Virus record (IMG/VR): IMGVR_UViG_2778261534_000007
Span: 1 to 40,456 of that record
Direction: 5' to 3' (one strand)
Length of the DNA: 40,456 nucleotides
Source: a virus
Lineage: Duplodnaviria; Heunggongvirae; Uroviricota; Caudoviricetes
Shown piece by piece: positions 8,731 to 17,360 of the stretch; positions within the stretch are counted from its first letter, which is position 1; every line of letters starts with the position of its first letter. The notes under the pieces are model-generated. The model was not told the DNA's origin, ran no database searches, and saw nothing but the letters and a program-made list of their open reading frames with translations. The position numbers and the translations under genes are program-made.

Positions 8731-8998
8731 CTGGATTCTCCTGTCAGTTAGCTTTGGTGGTGTGGTGGCTGGTAGTCTAGCTCCAGCTTGTTGAGTCTCA
8801 TTCGGAGGGGTATAACCGGCACCCCAGCGATTTTTCCATGCGACAACGTGCGCGTTATGGCGGCCTTATCGCCCGCGGCTCCCCATCTCGTCCACGCTAT
8901 TGCTAGCGTTGGGAGCGCTTCACCGCTCAACAGTAGGTAAGCACTTGCCAGTGACTAGCTGGCTTCACCACACACCAAAGCCTTCTGCTTTGAATGCT

Positions 8999-9029
8999 GC
9001 CCTTCTTCAGGGCTTAATTTTTAAGAGCG
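8999..9029 (-). promoter_or_regulatory. nutL (boxA CGCTCTTAA + boxB GCCCTGAAGAAGGGC)
   Basis: Reverse complement reads CGCTCTTAAAAATTAAGCCCTGAAGAAGGGC, the lambda nutL sequence; boxB at 8999..9013, boxA at 9021..9029. Confidence 0.8.
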
Positions 9030-9068
9030 TCACCTTCATGGTGGTTAGTGCGTCCTGCTGATGGCTAA

Positions 9069-9097
9069 ATAGTACGATTTGTACTTTATCGAGTCAA
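9069..9097 (-). promoter_or_regulatory. PL-like early leftward promoter (-35 TTGACT, 17-bp spacer, -10 TACTAT) with flanking operator-like TTTGTA/TACAAA repeats
   Basis: Sigma70 consensus-like hexamers with 17-bp spacing upstream of nutL on the minus strand. Confidence 0.55.
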
Positions 9098-9160
9098 TAC
9101 AAAATGTTCTAAATATAATTAGTTTTTTATAACGTTTTGTATTTAATGGGTTTATAATTT

Positions 9161-9190
9161 GGAAAAAGAAAACCCGACGCTAAGGTCGGG
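9161..9190 (-). terminator. Intrinsic terminator downstream of cI
   Basis: Minus-strand hairpin CCCGAC-CTTAGC-GTCGGG followed by TTTTCTTTTTCC. Confidence 0.55.
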
Positions 9191-9222
9191 TTATTGTTGT
9201 GTGTTTTAGAGTGGTGAGGCTG

Positions 9223-9882
9223 TTAACTAAATGTCTCTTCAGGCCACTGGCTGGCGATAACTTTCCCTACTACGGAACAGCTATCATTGCATGGAATCAT
9301 TGGATATTGCGGGTTTAGTGGCTGTAGGAACACCTGACCGCTATCCCTGATCAGTTTCTTGAAGGTAAACTCGTCACCACCAAGTCTGGCTATGCAGAAA
9401 TCACCTGGCTCAACAGCCTGCTCGGGGTCAACGAGAATTAACATCCCGTCAGGAAAGCTTGGCTTCGATCCTGTTGGCGCGGTCATGGAATTACCTTCAA
9501 CTTCAAGCCAAAACGCACAATCACTGGCTTTTTTGGTTGTGCTTACCCATCTCTCCGCATCACCTTTGGTAAAGGTTCTAAGCTCAGGCGAGAACATCCC
9601 GGCCTGAACATGAGAAAAAACAGGGTACTCATATTGTTTTTTAACGGGGGCAGATGAGTATTCGCCAACAGGTGAAAATGTACCGTCGTGGTTGAATGAG
9701 ACGTTATCAATACCAAGGTATTTAAACACCACACCAATCTCGTCAAGAGATGGATGACGAGATCCGCGCAACCAGTGACCAATTCCACCCTGCGTCATAC
9801 CAAGCTCTTCAGCTAACTTCTCTTGAGTTATGCCGAGCTCTTTCATTCTGGATCTAGCCAGTTCATACCATTTCATTTTCAT
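9223..9882 (-). CDS. cI: CI-type prophage repressor (HTH N-domain plus LexA/S24-like autocleavage C-domain)
   Basis: C-terminal ~150 aa match lambda cI as recalled ([22 protein letters not shown]...[48 protein letters not shown]...); N-terminal HTH ([23 protein letters not shown]) differs from lambda. Start at 9882 or 9876; the listed ORF start (9924) is a TTG extension. Confidence 0.85.
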   Translation of the reverse strand: MKMKWYELARSRMKELGITQEKLAEELGMTQGGIGHWLRGSRHPSLDEIGVVFKYLGIDNVSFNHDGTFSPVGEYSSAPVKKQYEYPVFSHVQAGMFSPELRTFTKGDAERWVSTTKKASDCAFWLEVEGNSMTAPTGSKPSFPDGMLILVDPEQAVEPGDFCIARLGGDEFTFKKLIRDSGQVFLQPLNPQYPMIPCNDSCSVVGKVIASQWPEETFS

Positions 9883-9938
9883 ACCCTTATTATTACGCTC
9901 TGTACTAAAACCATCCATGCACAAGATGTATTTTTTGT

Positions 9939-9967
9939 TTGCATTCTAAAAGTACATATCGTATTAT
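9939..9967 (+). promoter_or_regulatory. PR-like promoter (-35 TTGCAT, 17 bp, -10 TATTAT) within the cI-cro operator region
   Basis: Consensus-like hexamers 27 nt upstream of the cro ATG; GTAC-containing operator-like repeats nearby. Confidence 0.5.
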
Positions 9968-9993
9968 TGTTTCATGGTTACTATGGAGGGCAT

Positions 9994-10209
9994 ATGAGCA
10001 ACCTACGAAAATATCGAGAGTCACTGAATATCTCTCAAACAACACTTGCTAAGGCAGTTGGATGCACACAGGGAGCTATCGGACATTGGGAATCTGGTCG
10101 TCGCTTCCCAGACCTTAAAACATGCCGTGCTCTTGTTGAGTGCCTAAACAAGTTAGGCGCAAAAGTCAGTCTTGATGACGTGTTCCCGCCGGAACACAAA
10201 GCCGCTTAA
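9994..10209 (+). CDS. cro: Cro-like HTH repressor (71 aa)
   Basis: Small HTH protein (ISQTTLAKAVGCTQGAIGHWESG) divergent from cI; GGAGGG RBS; the listed ORF from 9823 is a TTG-initiated extension. Confidence 0.75.
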   Translation: MSNLRKYRESLNISQTTLAKAVGCTQGAIGHWESGRRFPDLKTCRALVECLNKLGAKVSLDDVFPPEHKAA

Positions 10210-10217
10210 GACATTCC

Positions 10218-10249
10218 CGCTCTTACACATCCCAGCCCTGAAAAAGGGC
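10218..10249 (+). promoter_or_regulatory. nutR (boxA CGCTCTTAC + boxB GCCCTGAAAAAGGGC)
   Basis: Matches the lambda nutR boxA/boxB consensus directly downstream of cro. Confidence 0.8.
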
Positions 10250-10325
10250 ATTACCAGAAACAAATCTCTATGGTTTTGCGTTTCTTTGCGAAGCCAACTC
10301 TATCTAATCATTAAGGAAATTATCT

Positions 10326-10607
10326 ATGGGTACTATTGCAACTAAAAGCAAGAAAGCGGCTCGCATCGAGTCAGCCTTGCTGAACAAACTGGCACTGATG
10401 GGGCAGAAGACATTCGCTCGAGCGATGGGGGTTCCTGAATATCAGGTAAGCCGATGGAAGAATGGTTTCTTCTCGCAGGTAAGCATGATGCTTGCTGTTC
10501 TGGAATACGGAATCGAAGACGATGAAATGGCTGAATTGACTAAGCGGCTTGCCGATTACCTGACAAAAGAAAAAGCCCCGAAGAACGGCGAATTCTTCGA
10601 GGCCTGA
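10326..10607 (+). CDS. cII: CII-like transcriptional activator (93 aa)
   Basis: Similarity to lambda cII as recalled (RIESALLNK.A..G......A.GV...Q.SRWK......S.LAVLE.G..DD.MA.L). Confidence 0.8.
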   Translation: MGTIATKSKKAARIESALLNKLALMGQKTFARAMGVPEYQVSRWKNGFFSQVSMMLAVLEYGIEDDEMAELTKRLADYLTKEKAPKNGEFFEA

Positions 10608-10641
10608 TGTAGAAAGACTGGATCAATCCACAGGAGTAATT

Positions 10642-11286
10642 ATGACATACGAAAATGACAAATTCCAGGTTCTGAAGAGCATGAAGGTGCCAGATGATTT
10701 TAAATCAAATGGCTTTGTTTATGTGCTTTCGAATGAGTGCATGCCGGGAATTTATAAGATTGGGATGACTAAGCATTCACCAGAAGTTAGGGCTAAAGAA
10801 ATTTCAGCCTCTACTGGCGTTCCTAAGCCATTTAAGGTGATAGCAGCCTTTCATTCAAATAATCCCGCATCAGATGAAAAACTTATTCATAAAGCCTTTG
10901 CAAAAGAGAGGCTTAGTGATAATCGAGAGTTTTTCAAGCTTGAAGATAATGATCTTTATGAATCTCTAAATGAAATAAGGGCGCTGGTTGGCCCTGAAAG
11001 AAATGGCGAGACGGCAGAATACGCAATTTACGACTCATTCATTTCTTTTCGCCATGAAAATGAGCTTGATCTTAATGAGGAGCTTATAGAGCAAGGTCTG
11101 GGTAGTGTAGTTGGTCATCTTCCTGCGGTGAAAAATTTCCTTATTCGCGCCGGAATTGATTACGCGAAGCAACTGATAAGCAAATATAACTCATCGATAG
11201 TTATTAATACAGATGGCAGTGTGGTGATGGTTAAGTCTCTTGAAGCCCAATGCTTTGATGCGGAGGTTGGAAATGAGCCTTGCTGA
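10642..11286 (+). CDS. T5orf172 / GIY-YIG-like domain protein (214 aa), inserted between cII and O
   Basis: N-terminal motif GFVYVLSNECMPGIYKIGMT (GIY...YIG-like spacing) with a downstream conserved Arg and acidic residues; AGGAG RBS; more AT-rich than its neighbours; 3' end overlaps the O start by 14 nt. Confidence 0.6.
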   Translation: MTYENDKFQVLKSMKVPDDFKSNGFVYVLSNECMPGIYKIGMTKHSPEVRAKEISASTGVPKPFKVIAAFHSNNPASDEKLIHKAFAKERLSDNREFFKLEDNDLYESLNEIRALVGPERNGETAEYAIYDSFISFRHENELDLNEELIEQGLGSVVGHLPAVKNFLIRAGIDYAKQLISKYNSSIVINTDGSVVMVKSLEAQCFDAEVGNEPC

Positions 11287-12115
11287 AGTATTTTACCTGC
11301 CGAAGAGTGAACCTGTTGAACAGGAGCGAAGAGTGGCTGATATCGATGATGGTTACACCAGATTCGCTAACGAGCTGCTGGAAGCTATCGCAAGTGCCGA
11401 TTTAACCGCTCGCCAGTTGAAAGTTATGCTGGCCTACGTCCGGAAAACATATGGATTCAATAAGAAAACAGATCGAATAGCCGATGAGCAAATTGCTCAG
11501 TTAACAGGACTGTCAAGGCAGAATGTTAACAAGGCTAAAAAAGAACTGATTTCAATGAATTGCCTGTTTATGGATGGAAATCAAATCGGTGTAAACAGTG
11601 AGGTATCTGCGTGGCAATTCAGCAAGTGTCTCCAAGTTAGCAACTTTGTCTCGAAGTTAGAGACAAAAAATGTCTCCAAATTAGAGACACTCAATGTCTC
11701 GAAGTTAGAGACACACAAAAGACATTCTTTAAAGACAAAAGAAAATATTAATAAACCCCCTATATCCCCCAAAAAAGTTTCTCAGAAGTTCGACCCGCTA
11801 GAAACAGAGTTGCCTGATTGGTTATCAGCAGAAACATGGTTGTCGTGGGTTACCTATCGCAAGGAGATAGGTAAGTCGATCAAGTCTAAGCAAAGTGTCA
11901 CTCAGGCTATCAACGTTCTAAGCAGAAGTCTGGAGAAGGGATATACACCTGAAGAAATTATAAACCAGAGCATCGCCAGTGGTTGGCAGGGGATTTTTGA
12001 GCCCAAGACTCCAAAGGGGAAACCTCAACCGAGGCCGCAGCATCGAGCTATGCAGGAAAACTTTGCCACCAAAGATTACGGACAAACTGAAATGCCTTCA
12101 TGGGCGCAGGAGTGA
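11273..12115 (+). CDS. Replication initiation protein (lambda O-like) containing the origin iterons
   Basis: GGAGG RBS before the ATG at 11273; N-terminal replication-protein-O-like region; internal iterons encode repeated VSKLET; followed by a translationally coupled helicase loader. Confidence 0.8.
   Translation: MSLAEVFYLPKSEPVEQERRVADIDDGYTRFANELLEAIASADLTARQLKVMLAYVRKTYGFNKKTDRIADEQIAQLTGLSRQNVNKAKKELISMNCLFMDGNQIGVNSEVSAWQFSKCLQVSNFVSKLETKNVSKLETLNVSKLETHKRHSLKTKENINKPPISPKKVSQKFDPLETELPDWLSAETWLSWVTYRKEIGKSIKSKQSVTQAINVLSRSLEKGYTPEEIINQSIASGWQGIFEPKTPKGKPQPRPQHRAMQENFATKDYGQTEMPSWAQE
11627..11713. repeat. Replication origin iterons: three 19-bp TGTCTC-N7-GAGACA repeats at 24-bp spacing plus a degenerate fourth, followed by an AT-rich stretch
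   Basis: Directly visible: TGTCTCGAAGTTAGAGACA (11647..11665), TGTCTCCAAATTAGAGACA (11671..11689), TGTCTCGAAGTTAGAGACA (11695..11713), degenerate copy at 11627..11645; AT-rich 11714..11780. Confidence 0.7.
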
Positions 12116-12117
12116 AC

Positions 12118-12963
12118 ATGACGCTGGATGAAAAGATCTCCCAACTGGAGAAAAAACTTGCAGAATTGAGTTCTCCGCCAATTGCTATCGAGCATACATC
12201 TGTAGAAATTGGCACTGGCATCTGTGAAAAACATGGTGAGTTTGAGCAGCGTAACCGTTACTCGACTGGGCCAATTAAGTTTGCCTCAAGACCTAGCGAA
12301 TGCCCGGAATGCATGAGAGATGAGCTTATTCGGCTACAGGCAGAGAAGATTAAAATCGACGAGGAATCACGTAAGCGCAATGTCGAGTTTCTGTTGAATA
12401 ATCTTGATATTCCTGAACGATTCAAGGGTTGCACACTACAGAACTACGAGCCAGTCAACGACGATGCAAAGAGAGTGCTCAGGGTGTGTCAGGCATACGC
12501 CAGCAAATGGCCTGAGAGGTTACAGAAAGGCGGTGGGCTGGTTATGTGTGGAAAGCCTGGTACTGGAAAGAATCATCTTGCACTGGCTATCGCCCGGCAC
12601 GCAATTACGGAACATCAAAGCTCAGCTATTTTCACAACGGCGCTGAAAATTGCCAGAGAATATAAATCAACATGGTCGAAAAACTCCACCCGCACAGAGG
12701 ATGAAGTGATCCGACAGTTCACTAAACCTGACCTGCTAATTATCGATGAGGTTGGTGTGCAGTTTGGAAGCGAGGCGGAAAAGATGATCATGTTCGAAAT
12801 CATCAACACCCGCTACGAGCGCATGAAGCCAACAATCCTGATTAGCAACCAGAGCAAAGATGAACTGTCTGCATTCATTGGTGAGCGTGTTATTGACAGG
12901 ATGAATGATGGCGGCGGGTGCACTCTTGCGTTTACATGGGATAGTTACAGGAGCAGATCGTGA
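12118..12963 (+). CDS. DnaC/IstB-like AAA+ helicase loader (replication protein)
   Basis: Walker A CGKPGTGKNHLALAIA and Walker B LLIIDEVG; GGAG RBS before the ATG at 12118; N-terminal Cys/His cluster. Confidence 0.8.
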   Translation: MTLDEKISQLEKKLAELSSPPIAIEHTSVEIGTGICEKHGEFEQRNRYSTGPIKFASRPSECPECMRDELIRLQAEKIKIDEESRKRNVEFLLNNLDIPERFKGCTLQNYEPVNDDAKRVLRVCQAYASKWPERLQKGGGLVMCGKPGTGKNHLALAIARHAITEHQSSAIFTTALKIAREYKSTWSKNSTRTEDEVIRQFTKPDLLIIDEVGVQFGSEAEKMIMFEIINTRYERMKPTILISNQSKDELSAFIGERVIDRMNDGGGCTLAFTWDSYRSRS

Positions 12964-13250
12964 CTGGAAAAGAAATCATCCTGGAATATCTGAAAACTCA
13001 TGAACAATTCTCCCCACATGAATTAGCACTGATCACCGGAATACCAAATAACAGAATCGCTCAAGCAGCAAGGCATATGGTGAAACAAGGACATTTGAGT
13101 GTTGTTGAGCGTAAGTGGAAGACGGTTATTTATGCAAAACGCAAAGTGAAGAAGGAGCCAATTAAAAGAAATCCAGATGGTACGGGGTGGGGATATGCAA
13201 ATCCAATGACGGCGTTTATTAATAGGGCGCTTATTGAGGTAAGGCAATGA
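12960..13250 (+). CDS. Ren-like protein (96 aa)
   Basis: GTG start coupled to the loader stop with AGGAG RBS; size, position after the replication genes and N-terminus MTGKE resemble lambda Ren (from memory). Confidence 0.45.
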   Translation: MTGKEIILEYLKTHEQFSPHELALITGIPNNRIAQAARHMVKQGHLSVVERKWKTVIYAKRKVKKEPIKRNPDGTGWGYANPMTAFINRALIEVRQ

Positions 13251-13275
13251 CAATCTACATCACTGAGCTAATAAC

Positions 13276-13307
13276 AGGCCTGCTGGTAATCGCAGGCCTT
13301 TTTATTT
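13276..13307 (+). terminator. Intrinsic terminator (tR2-like) between replication and nin regions
   Basis: Hairpin AGGCCTGC-TGGTAATC-GCAGGCCT followed by TTTTATTT. Confidence 0.65.
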
Positions 13308-13323
13308 GGGGGAGAGGGAAGTC

Positions 13324-13506
13324 ATGAATCTGGACGAGCAAGATGCACAAACTATTAGCTCATACATAAGGGCATCAAGACCAGATTACAAAGGTCCGGT
13401 ATTCGTAGATTTATCTCGCCTTGAAGAGATTTACATGTGGAAAGCAAGGTTACTTACGCATTTTGTTATTCGAACGATGACTAGCAACATTAAAAAACCA
13501 ATGTAA
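13324..13506 (+). CDS. Hypothetical nin-region protein (60 aa)
   Basis: ATG at 13324 after a GGGGGAGAGGGAA purine-rich RBS; the listed ORF start (13306) is TTG. Confidence 0.4.
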   Translation: MNLDEQDAQTISSYIRASRPDYKGPVFVDLSRLEEIYMWKARLLTHFVIRTMTSNIKKPM

Positions 13507-13521
13507 CTGGAAGAGGTGAAT

Positions 13522-13737
13522 ATGAGCACACTCGCAGACCTTATTCATGCCGATATGGCTGAAGATGGAGCAAGGCGTAATAGGTACTGGAAATCATCGA
13601 GACTTCCAGTTTGTGAAAGATTCAACCACAGGCCAAAACCAAAACGTAGCCGACGAGACAAAGTGTTGAAAAAACTCATGCAAATTAACATGGCTGGTTT
13701 TGTCAGATTCGTGAGTGAAACGACTAACGGGGATTGA
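13522..13737 (+). CDS. Hypothetical basic nin-region protein (71 aa)
   Basis: AAGAGG RBS 5 nt before the ATG at 13522; Arg/Lys-rich. Confidence 0.5.
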   Translation: MSTLADLIHADMAEDGARRNRYWKSSRLPVCERFNHRPKPKRSRRDKVLKKLMQINMAGFVRFVSETTNGD

Positions 13738-13738
13738 T

Positions 13739-14050
13739 ATGGACGAATCAAGAAAGCAGTTTGAGGAATACGTTGCCAAAAAATTGAGATTACCATTCGA
13801 GATGATAACCGAGGCAAGAAATGGTGATAGGTACTTTGCATTTTCAAGCATGGATATTCGTCACTCCTTAAATGAGTGGTGGGCTTTATGGCAGGCATCG
13901 CGAGCAGCTATCGAGATTGAGTGTCCTGGAAAAAGAGAGCGTGAGGCATTTTCTACCGATTTCGAGGATGGGGTCACATTTGGTTATAACGACGCAATTA
14001 GTGAATGCGAAGGACTGATTCGCGCTGCTGGAGTCAAAGTGAAGGAGTAA
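13739..14050 (+). CDS. Hypothetical nin-region protein (103 aa)
   Basis: GGGGA RBS; ATG at 13739 immediately after the upstream stop; stop adjacent to the NinB RBS. Confidence 0.5.
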   Translation: MDESRKQFEEYVAKKLRLPFEMITEARNGDRYFAFSSMDIRHSLNEWWALWQASRAAIEIECPGKREREAFSTDFEDGVTFGYNDAISECEGLIRAAGVKVKE

Positions 14051-14052
14051 CG

Positions 14053-14463
14053 ATGAAGCAAACAATCTTCCTCCGAACTAAGCAACAACAGCAAGCTGCA
14101 ATAAATGCCATCCTCGCAACACCACTCGATAAAGACAAGCCAGTCACCATCCGCATTACTGACTACAAGCGCAACCTTGACCAGAACGCAAAATTTCACG
14201 CGATGCTGGCGGATATCGCACGTCAGGTTCAATGGTGCGGCAAATGGTTAAAACCGGAACAATGGAAGGTTTTGTTGATCAGCGGTCATGCAGTGGCAAC
14301 AAAGCAGGAAGCTGATGTTTTGCCCGGGCTTGAAGGCGAATACGTCAACATTCGCGAAAGCAGCGCGCAGATGAGCGTGAAGCGCATGGCAAGCCTGATT
14401 GAGTACACGACAGCATGGGCTATTGGTCAGGGTGTCAGATTTACCGACAGGAGGTACGAATGA
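14053..14463 (+). CDS. ninB: NinB recombination protein
   Basis: Similarity to lambda NinB as recalled; GGAG RBS before the ATG at 14053. Confidence 0.8.
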   Translation: MKQTIFLRTKQQQQAAINAILATPLDKDKPVTIRITDYKRNLDQNAKFHAMLADIARQVQWCGKWLKPEQWKVLLISGHAVATKQEADVLPGLEGEYVNIRESSAQMSVKRMASLIEYTTAWAIGQGVRFTDRRYE

Positions 14464-14636
14464 GACGACAGCGACGAAGTTTCACCGACATCATCTGCGA
14501 AAACTGCAAATACCTTCCAACGAAACGCTCCAGAAATAAACGCAAGCCAATCCCGAAAGAATCTGACGTAAAAACCTTCAACTACACGGCTCACCTGTGG
14601 GATATCCGGTGGCTAAGACATCGTGCGAGGAAATGA
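14460..14636 (+). CDS. ninD: NinD-like small zinc-binding protein (58 aa)
   Basis: [20 protein letters not shown]... matches lambda NinD as recalled; AGGAGG RBS; start overlaps the NinB stop. Confidence 0.7.
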   Translation: MRRQRRSFTDIICENCKYLPTKRSRNKRKPIPKESDVKTFNYTAHLWDIRWLRHRARK

Positions 14637-14638
14637 CA

Positions 14639-14986
14639 ATGGATTATTCACAGTTAAGTGATTTTGAAATTAACAAGCGAGTATTTAAAGCGATAGTAGG
14701 GGCAAAACCATTAGGTTATCCGCACAACGCAGATGGACGGTCTGTCGGCAATGAATCAAATGGTAATTATCGATGGTACGACTACTGCAATAATCCTGAA
14801 GATGCAGAGCCGATTATCGTAGAGAACAGAATTGGCATTATTCCAGCGCCAGAAAATGGATTATGGAAGGCAGCGCATAGAAAAGTTGGCAGTGATAGTA
14901 CCCCATATCATATGACTCAAGATGAAAATCCCCTCCGCGCCGCCATGATTGTCTTTCTCATGATGCAGGACGCCAATAATGCTTAG
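14639..14986 (+). CDS. Hypothetical nin-region protein (115 aa)
   Basis: ATG at 14639 with a GAGG RBS; occupies the ninE position but is larger than lambda NinE. Confidence 0.5.
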   Translation: MDYSQLSDFEINKRVFKAIVGAKPLGYPHNADGRSVGNESNGNYRWYDYCNNPEDAEPIIVENRIGIIPAPENGLWKAAHRKVGSDSTPYHMTQDENPLRAAMIVFLMMQDANNA

Positions 14987-15155
14987 CCCATTCCAATCCC
15001 TTCAATACCAGAAAGAAAGCGTTGAGCGAGCTTTAACGTGCGCTAAATGCGGTCAGAAGCTGCATGTGCTGGAAGTTCACGTGTGTGAGCACTGCTGCGC
15101 AGAACTGATGAGCGATCCGAATAGCTCAATGTACGAGGAAGAAGACGATGGCTAA
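14979..15155 (+). CDS. ninF: NinF-like protein (58 aa), below the ORF-track cutoff
   Basis: Manual translation [58 protein letters not shown] matches lambda NinF as recalled; overlaps the NinG start. Confidence 0.65.
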   Translation: MLSPFQSLQYQKESVERALTCAKCGQKLHVLEVHVCEHCCAELMSDPNSSMYEEEDDG

Positions 15156-15759
15156 ACCAGCGCGAAGACGATGTAAAAATGATGAATGTCGGGAATGGTT
15201 TCACCCTGCATTCGCTAATCAGTGGTGGTGTTCTCCAGAGTGTGGAACCAAGATAGCACTCGAACGACGAAGCAAAGAACGCGAAAAAGCGGAAAAAGCA
15301 GCAGAGAAGAAACGACGACGAGAGGAGCAGAGACAGAAAGATAAACTGAAGATTCGAAAACTCGCCTTAAAGCCCCGCAGTTACTGGATTAAACAAGCCC
15401 AACAAACCGTAAACACCTTCATCAGAGAAAGAGACCGCGACTTACCATGTATCTCGTGCGGAACGCTCACGTCTGCTCAGTGGGATGCCGGGCATTACCG
15501 GACAACTGCTGCGGCACCTCAACTCCGATTTGATGAACGCAATATTCACAAGCAATGCGTGGTGTGCAACCAGCACAAAAGCGGAAATCTCGTTCCGTAT
15601 CGCGTCGAACTGATTAACCGCATCGGGCAGGAAGCAGTAGACGAAATCGAATCAAACCATAACCGCCATCGCTGGACTATCGAAGAGTGCAAGGCGATCA
15701 AGGCAGAGTACCAACAGAAACTCAAAGACCTGCGAAATAGCAGAAGTGAGGCCGCATGA
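15148..15759 (+). CDS. ninG: NinG / Rap recombination endonuclease
   Basis: Similarity to lambda NinG with conserved Cys clusters ([10 protein letters not shown]...CSPEC; CISCG...CVVCNQHK). Confidence 0.8.
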   Translation: MAKPARRRCKNDECREWFHPAFANQWWCSPECGTKIALERRSKEREKAEKAAEKKRRREEQRQKDKLKIRKLALKPRSYWIKQAQQTVNTFIRERDRDLPCISCGTLTSAQWDAGHYRTTAAAPQLRFDERNIHKQCVVCNQHKSGNLVPYRVELINRIGQEAVDEIESNHNRHRWTIEECKAIKAEYQQKLKDLRNSRSEAA

Positions 15760-15962
15760 CGTTCTCAGTAAAAACCATTCCAGACATGCTCGTTGAAGCA
15801 TACGGAAACCAGACAGAAGTAGCACGCAGACTGAAATGTAGTCGCGGTACGGTCAGAAAATACGTTGATGATAAAGACGGGAAAATGCACGCCATCGTCA
15901 ACGACGTTCTTATGGTTCATCGCGGATGGAGTGAAAGAGATGCGCTATTACGAAAGAATTGA
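15756..15962 (+). CDS. ninH: NinH-like protein (68 aa)
   Basis: Size, position and sequence resemble lambda NinH. Confidence 0.7.
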   Translation: MTFSVKTIPDMLVEAYGNQTEVARRLKCSRGTVRKYVDDKDGKMHAIVNDVLMVHRGWSERDALLRKN

Positions 15963-16605
15963 TGGCAGCAAATACCGAAATATTTGGGTAGTTGGCGATC
16001 TGCACGGATGCTACACGAACCTGATGAAAAAACTGGAGACGATAGGATTCGACACCAAAAAAGACCTGCTTATCTCGGTTGGCGATTTGGTCGATCGCGG
16101 TACAGAGAACGTCGAATGCCTGGAATTAATCACATTCCCCTGGTTCAGAGCTGTACGTGGAAACCATGAGCAAATGATGATTGATGGCTTATCAGAGCGT
16201 GGAAACGTTAATCACTGGCTGCTTAATGGCGGTGGCTGGTTCTTTAATCTCGATTACGACAAAGAAATTCTGGCTAAAGCTCTTGCCCATAAAGCAGATG
16301 AACTTCCGTTAATCATCGAACTGGTGAGCAAAGATAAAAAATATGTTATCTGCCACGCCGATTATCCCTTTGACGAATACGAGTTTGGAAAGCCAGTTGA
16401 TCATCAGCAGGTAATCTGGAACCGCGAACGAATCAGCAACTCACAAAACGGGATCGTGAAAGAAATTAAAGGCGCGGACACGTTCATCTTTGGTCATACG
16501 CCAGCAGTGAAACCACTCAAGTTTGCCAACCAAATGTATATCGATACCGGCGCAGTGTTCTGCGGAAACCTAACATTGATTCAGGTACAGGGAGAAGGCG
16601 CATGA
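15940..16605 (+). CDS. Ser/Thr protein phosphatase (lambda PPase / NinI-type), 221 aa
   Basis: Metallophosphatase motifs GDLHG, GDLVDRG, GNHE; near-identity to the lambda phosphatase as recalled; start at MRYYERI (15940). Confidence 0.9.
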   Translation: MRYYERIDGSKYRNIWVVGDLHGCYTNLMKKLETIGFDTKKDLLISVGDLVDRGTENVECLELITFPWFRAVRGNHEQMMIDGLSERGNVNHWLLNGGGWFFNLDYDKEILAKALAHKADELPLIIELVSKDKKYVICHADYPFDEYEFGKPVDHQQVIWNRERISNSQNGIVKEIKGADTFIFGHTPAVKPLKFANQMYIDTGAVFCGNLTLIQVQGEGA

Positions 16606-17225
16606 GACTCGAAAGCGTAGCTAAATTTCATTCGCCAAAAAGCCCGATGATGAGCGACTCACCACGGGCCACGGCTTCTGACTCTCTTTCCGGTACTGAT
16701 GTGATGGCTGCTATGGGGATGGCGCAATCACAAGCCGGATTCGGTATGGCTGCATTCTGCGGTAAGCACGAACTCAGCCAGAACGACAAACAAAAGGCTA
16801 TCAACTATCTGATGCAATTTGCACACAAGGTATCGGGGAAATACCGTGGTGTGGCAAAGCTTGAAGGAAATACTAAGGCAAAGGTACTGCAAGTGCTCGC
16901 AACATTCGCTTATGCGGATTATTGCCGTAGTGCCGCGACGCCGGGGGCAAGATGCAGAGATTGCCACGGTACAGGTCGTGCGGTTGATATAGCAAAAACA
17001 GAGCTGTGGGGGAGAGTTGTCGAGAAAGAGTGCGGAAGATGCAAAGGCGTCGGCTATTCAAGGATGCCAGCAAGCGCAGCATATCGCGCTGTGACGATGC
17101 TAATCCCAAACCTTACCCAACCCACCTGGTCACGCACTGTTAAGCCGCTGTATGACGCTCTGGTGGTGCAATGCCACAAGGAAGAGTCAATCGCAGACAA
17201 TATTTTGAATACGGTCACACGTTAG
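16602..17225 (+). CDS. Q: Late-gene antiterminator Q (lambda-type)
   Basis: Near-identity to lambda Q across 207 aa as recalled, including the zinc-finger CRDCHGTG...CGRCKGVG. Confidence 0.9.
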   Translation: MRLESVAKFHSPKSPMMSDSPRATASDSLSGTDVMAAMGMAQSQAGFGMAAFCGKHELSQNDKQKAINYLMQFAHKVSGKYRGVAKLEGNTKAKVLQVLATFAYADYCRSAATPGARCRDCHGTGRAVDIAKTELWGRVVEKECGRCKGVGYSRMPASAAYRAVTMLIPNLTQPTWSRTVKPLYDALVVQCHKEESIADNILNTVTR

Positions 17226-17267
17226 CAGCATGATTGCCACGGATGGCAACATATTAACGGCATAATA

Positions 17268-17296
17268 TTGACTTTTTGAATAAAGTTGGGTAAATT
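17268..17296 (+). promoter_or_regulatory. PR' late promoter (-35 TTGACT, 17 bp, -10 TAAATT) with adjacent qut region
   Basis: Sequence matches the lambda PR' core as recalled (TTGACTTTTTGAATAAAGTTGGGTAAATTTGAC). Confidence 0.65.
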
Positions 17297-17333
17297 TGAC
17301 CCAACGATGGATAAATGCACTCGTTAAATAAAA

Positions 17334-17360
17334 CCCTGAGTTAATAGCTCGGGGCTTTTT
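17334..17360 (+). terminator. Intrinsic terminator in the PR' leader (tR'-like; overridden by Q)
   Basis: Hairpin CCCTGAG-TTAATAG-CTCGGGG followed by CTTTTT; a second long-range stem plus TTTT lies at 17378..17456. Confidence 0.5.

Noticed and set aside
8748-8930. 60-aa ORF inside the N leader
   Set aside because: It starts with TTG and has no RBS; the region is more plausibly structured leader RNA than coding.
11627-11713. Regularly spaced direct repeats that could be mistaken for a CRISPR array
   Set aside because: Only three to four 19-bp palindromic units at 24-bp spacing, inside the replication initiator gene with an adjacent AT-rich stretch; these are origin iterons.
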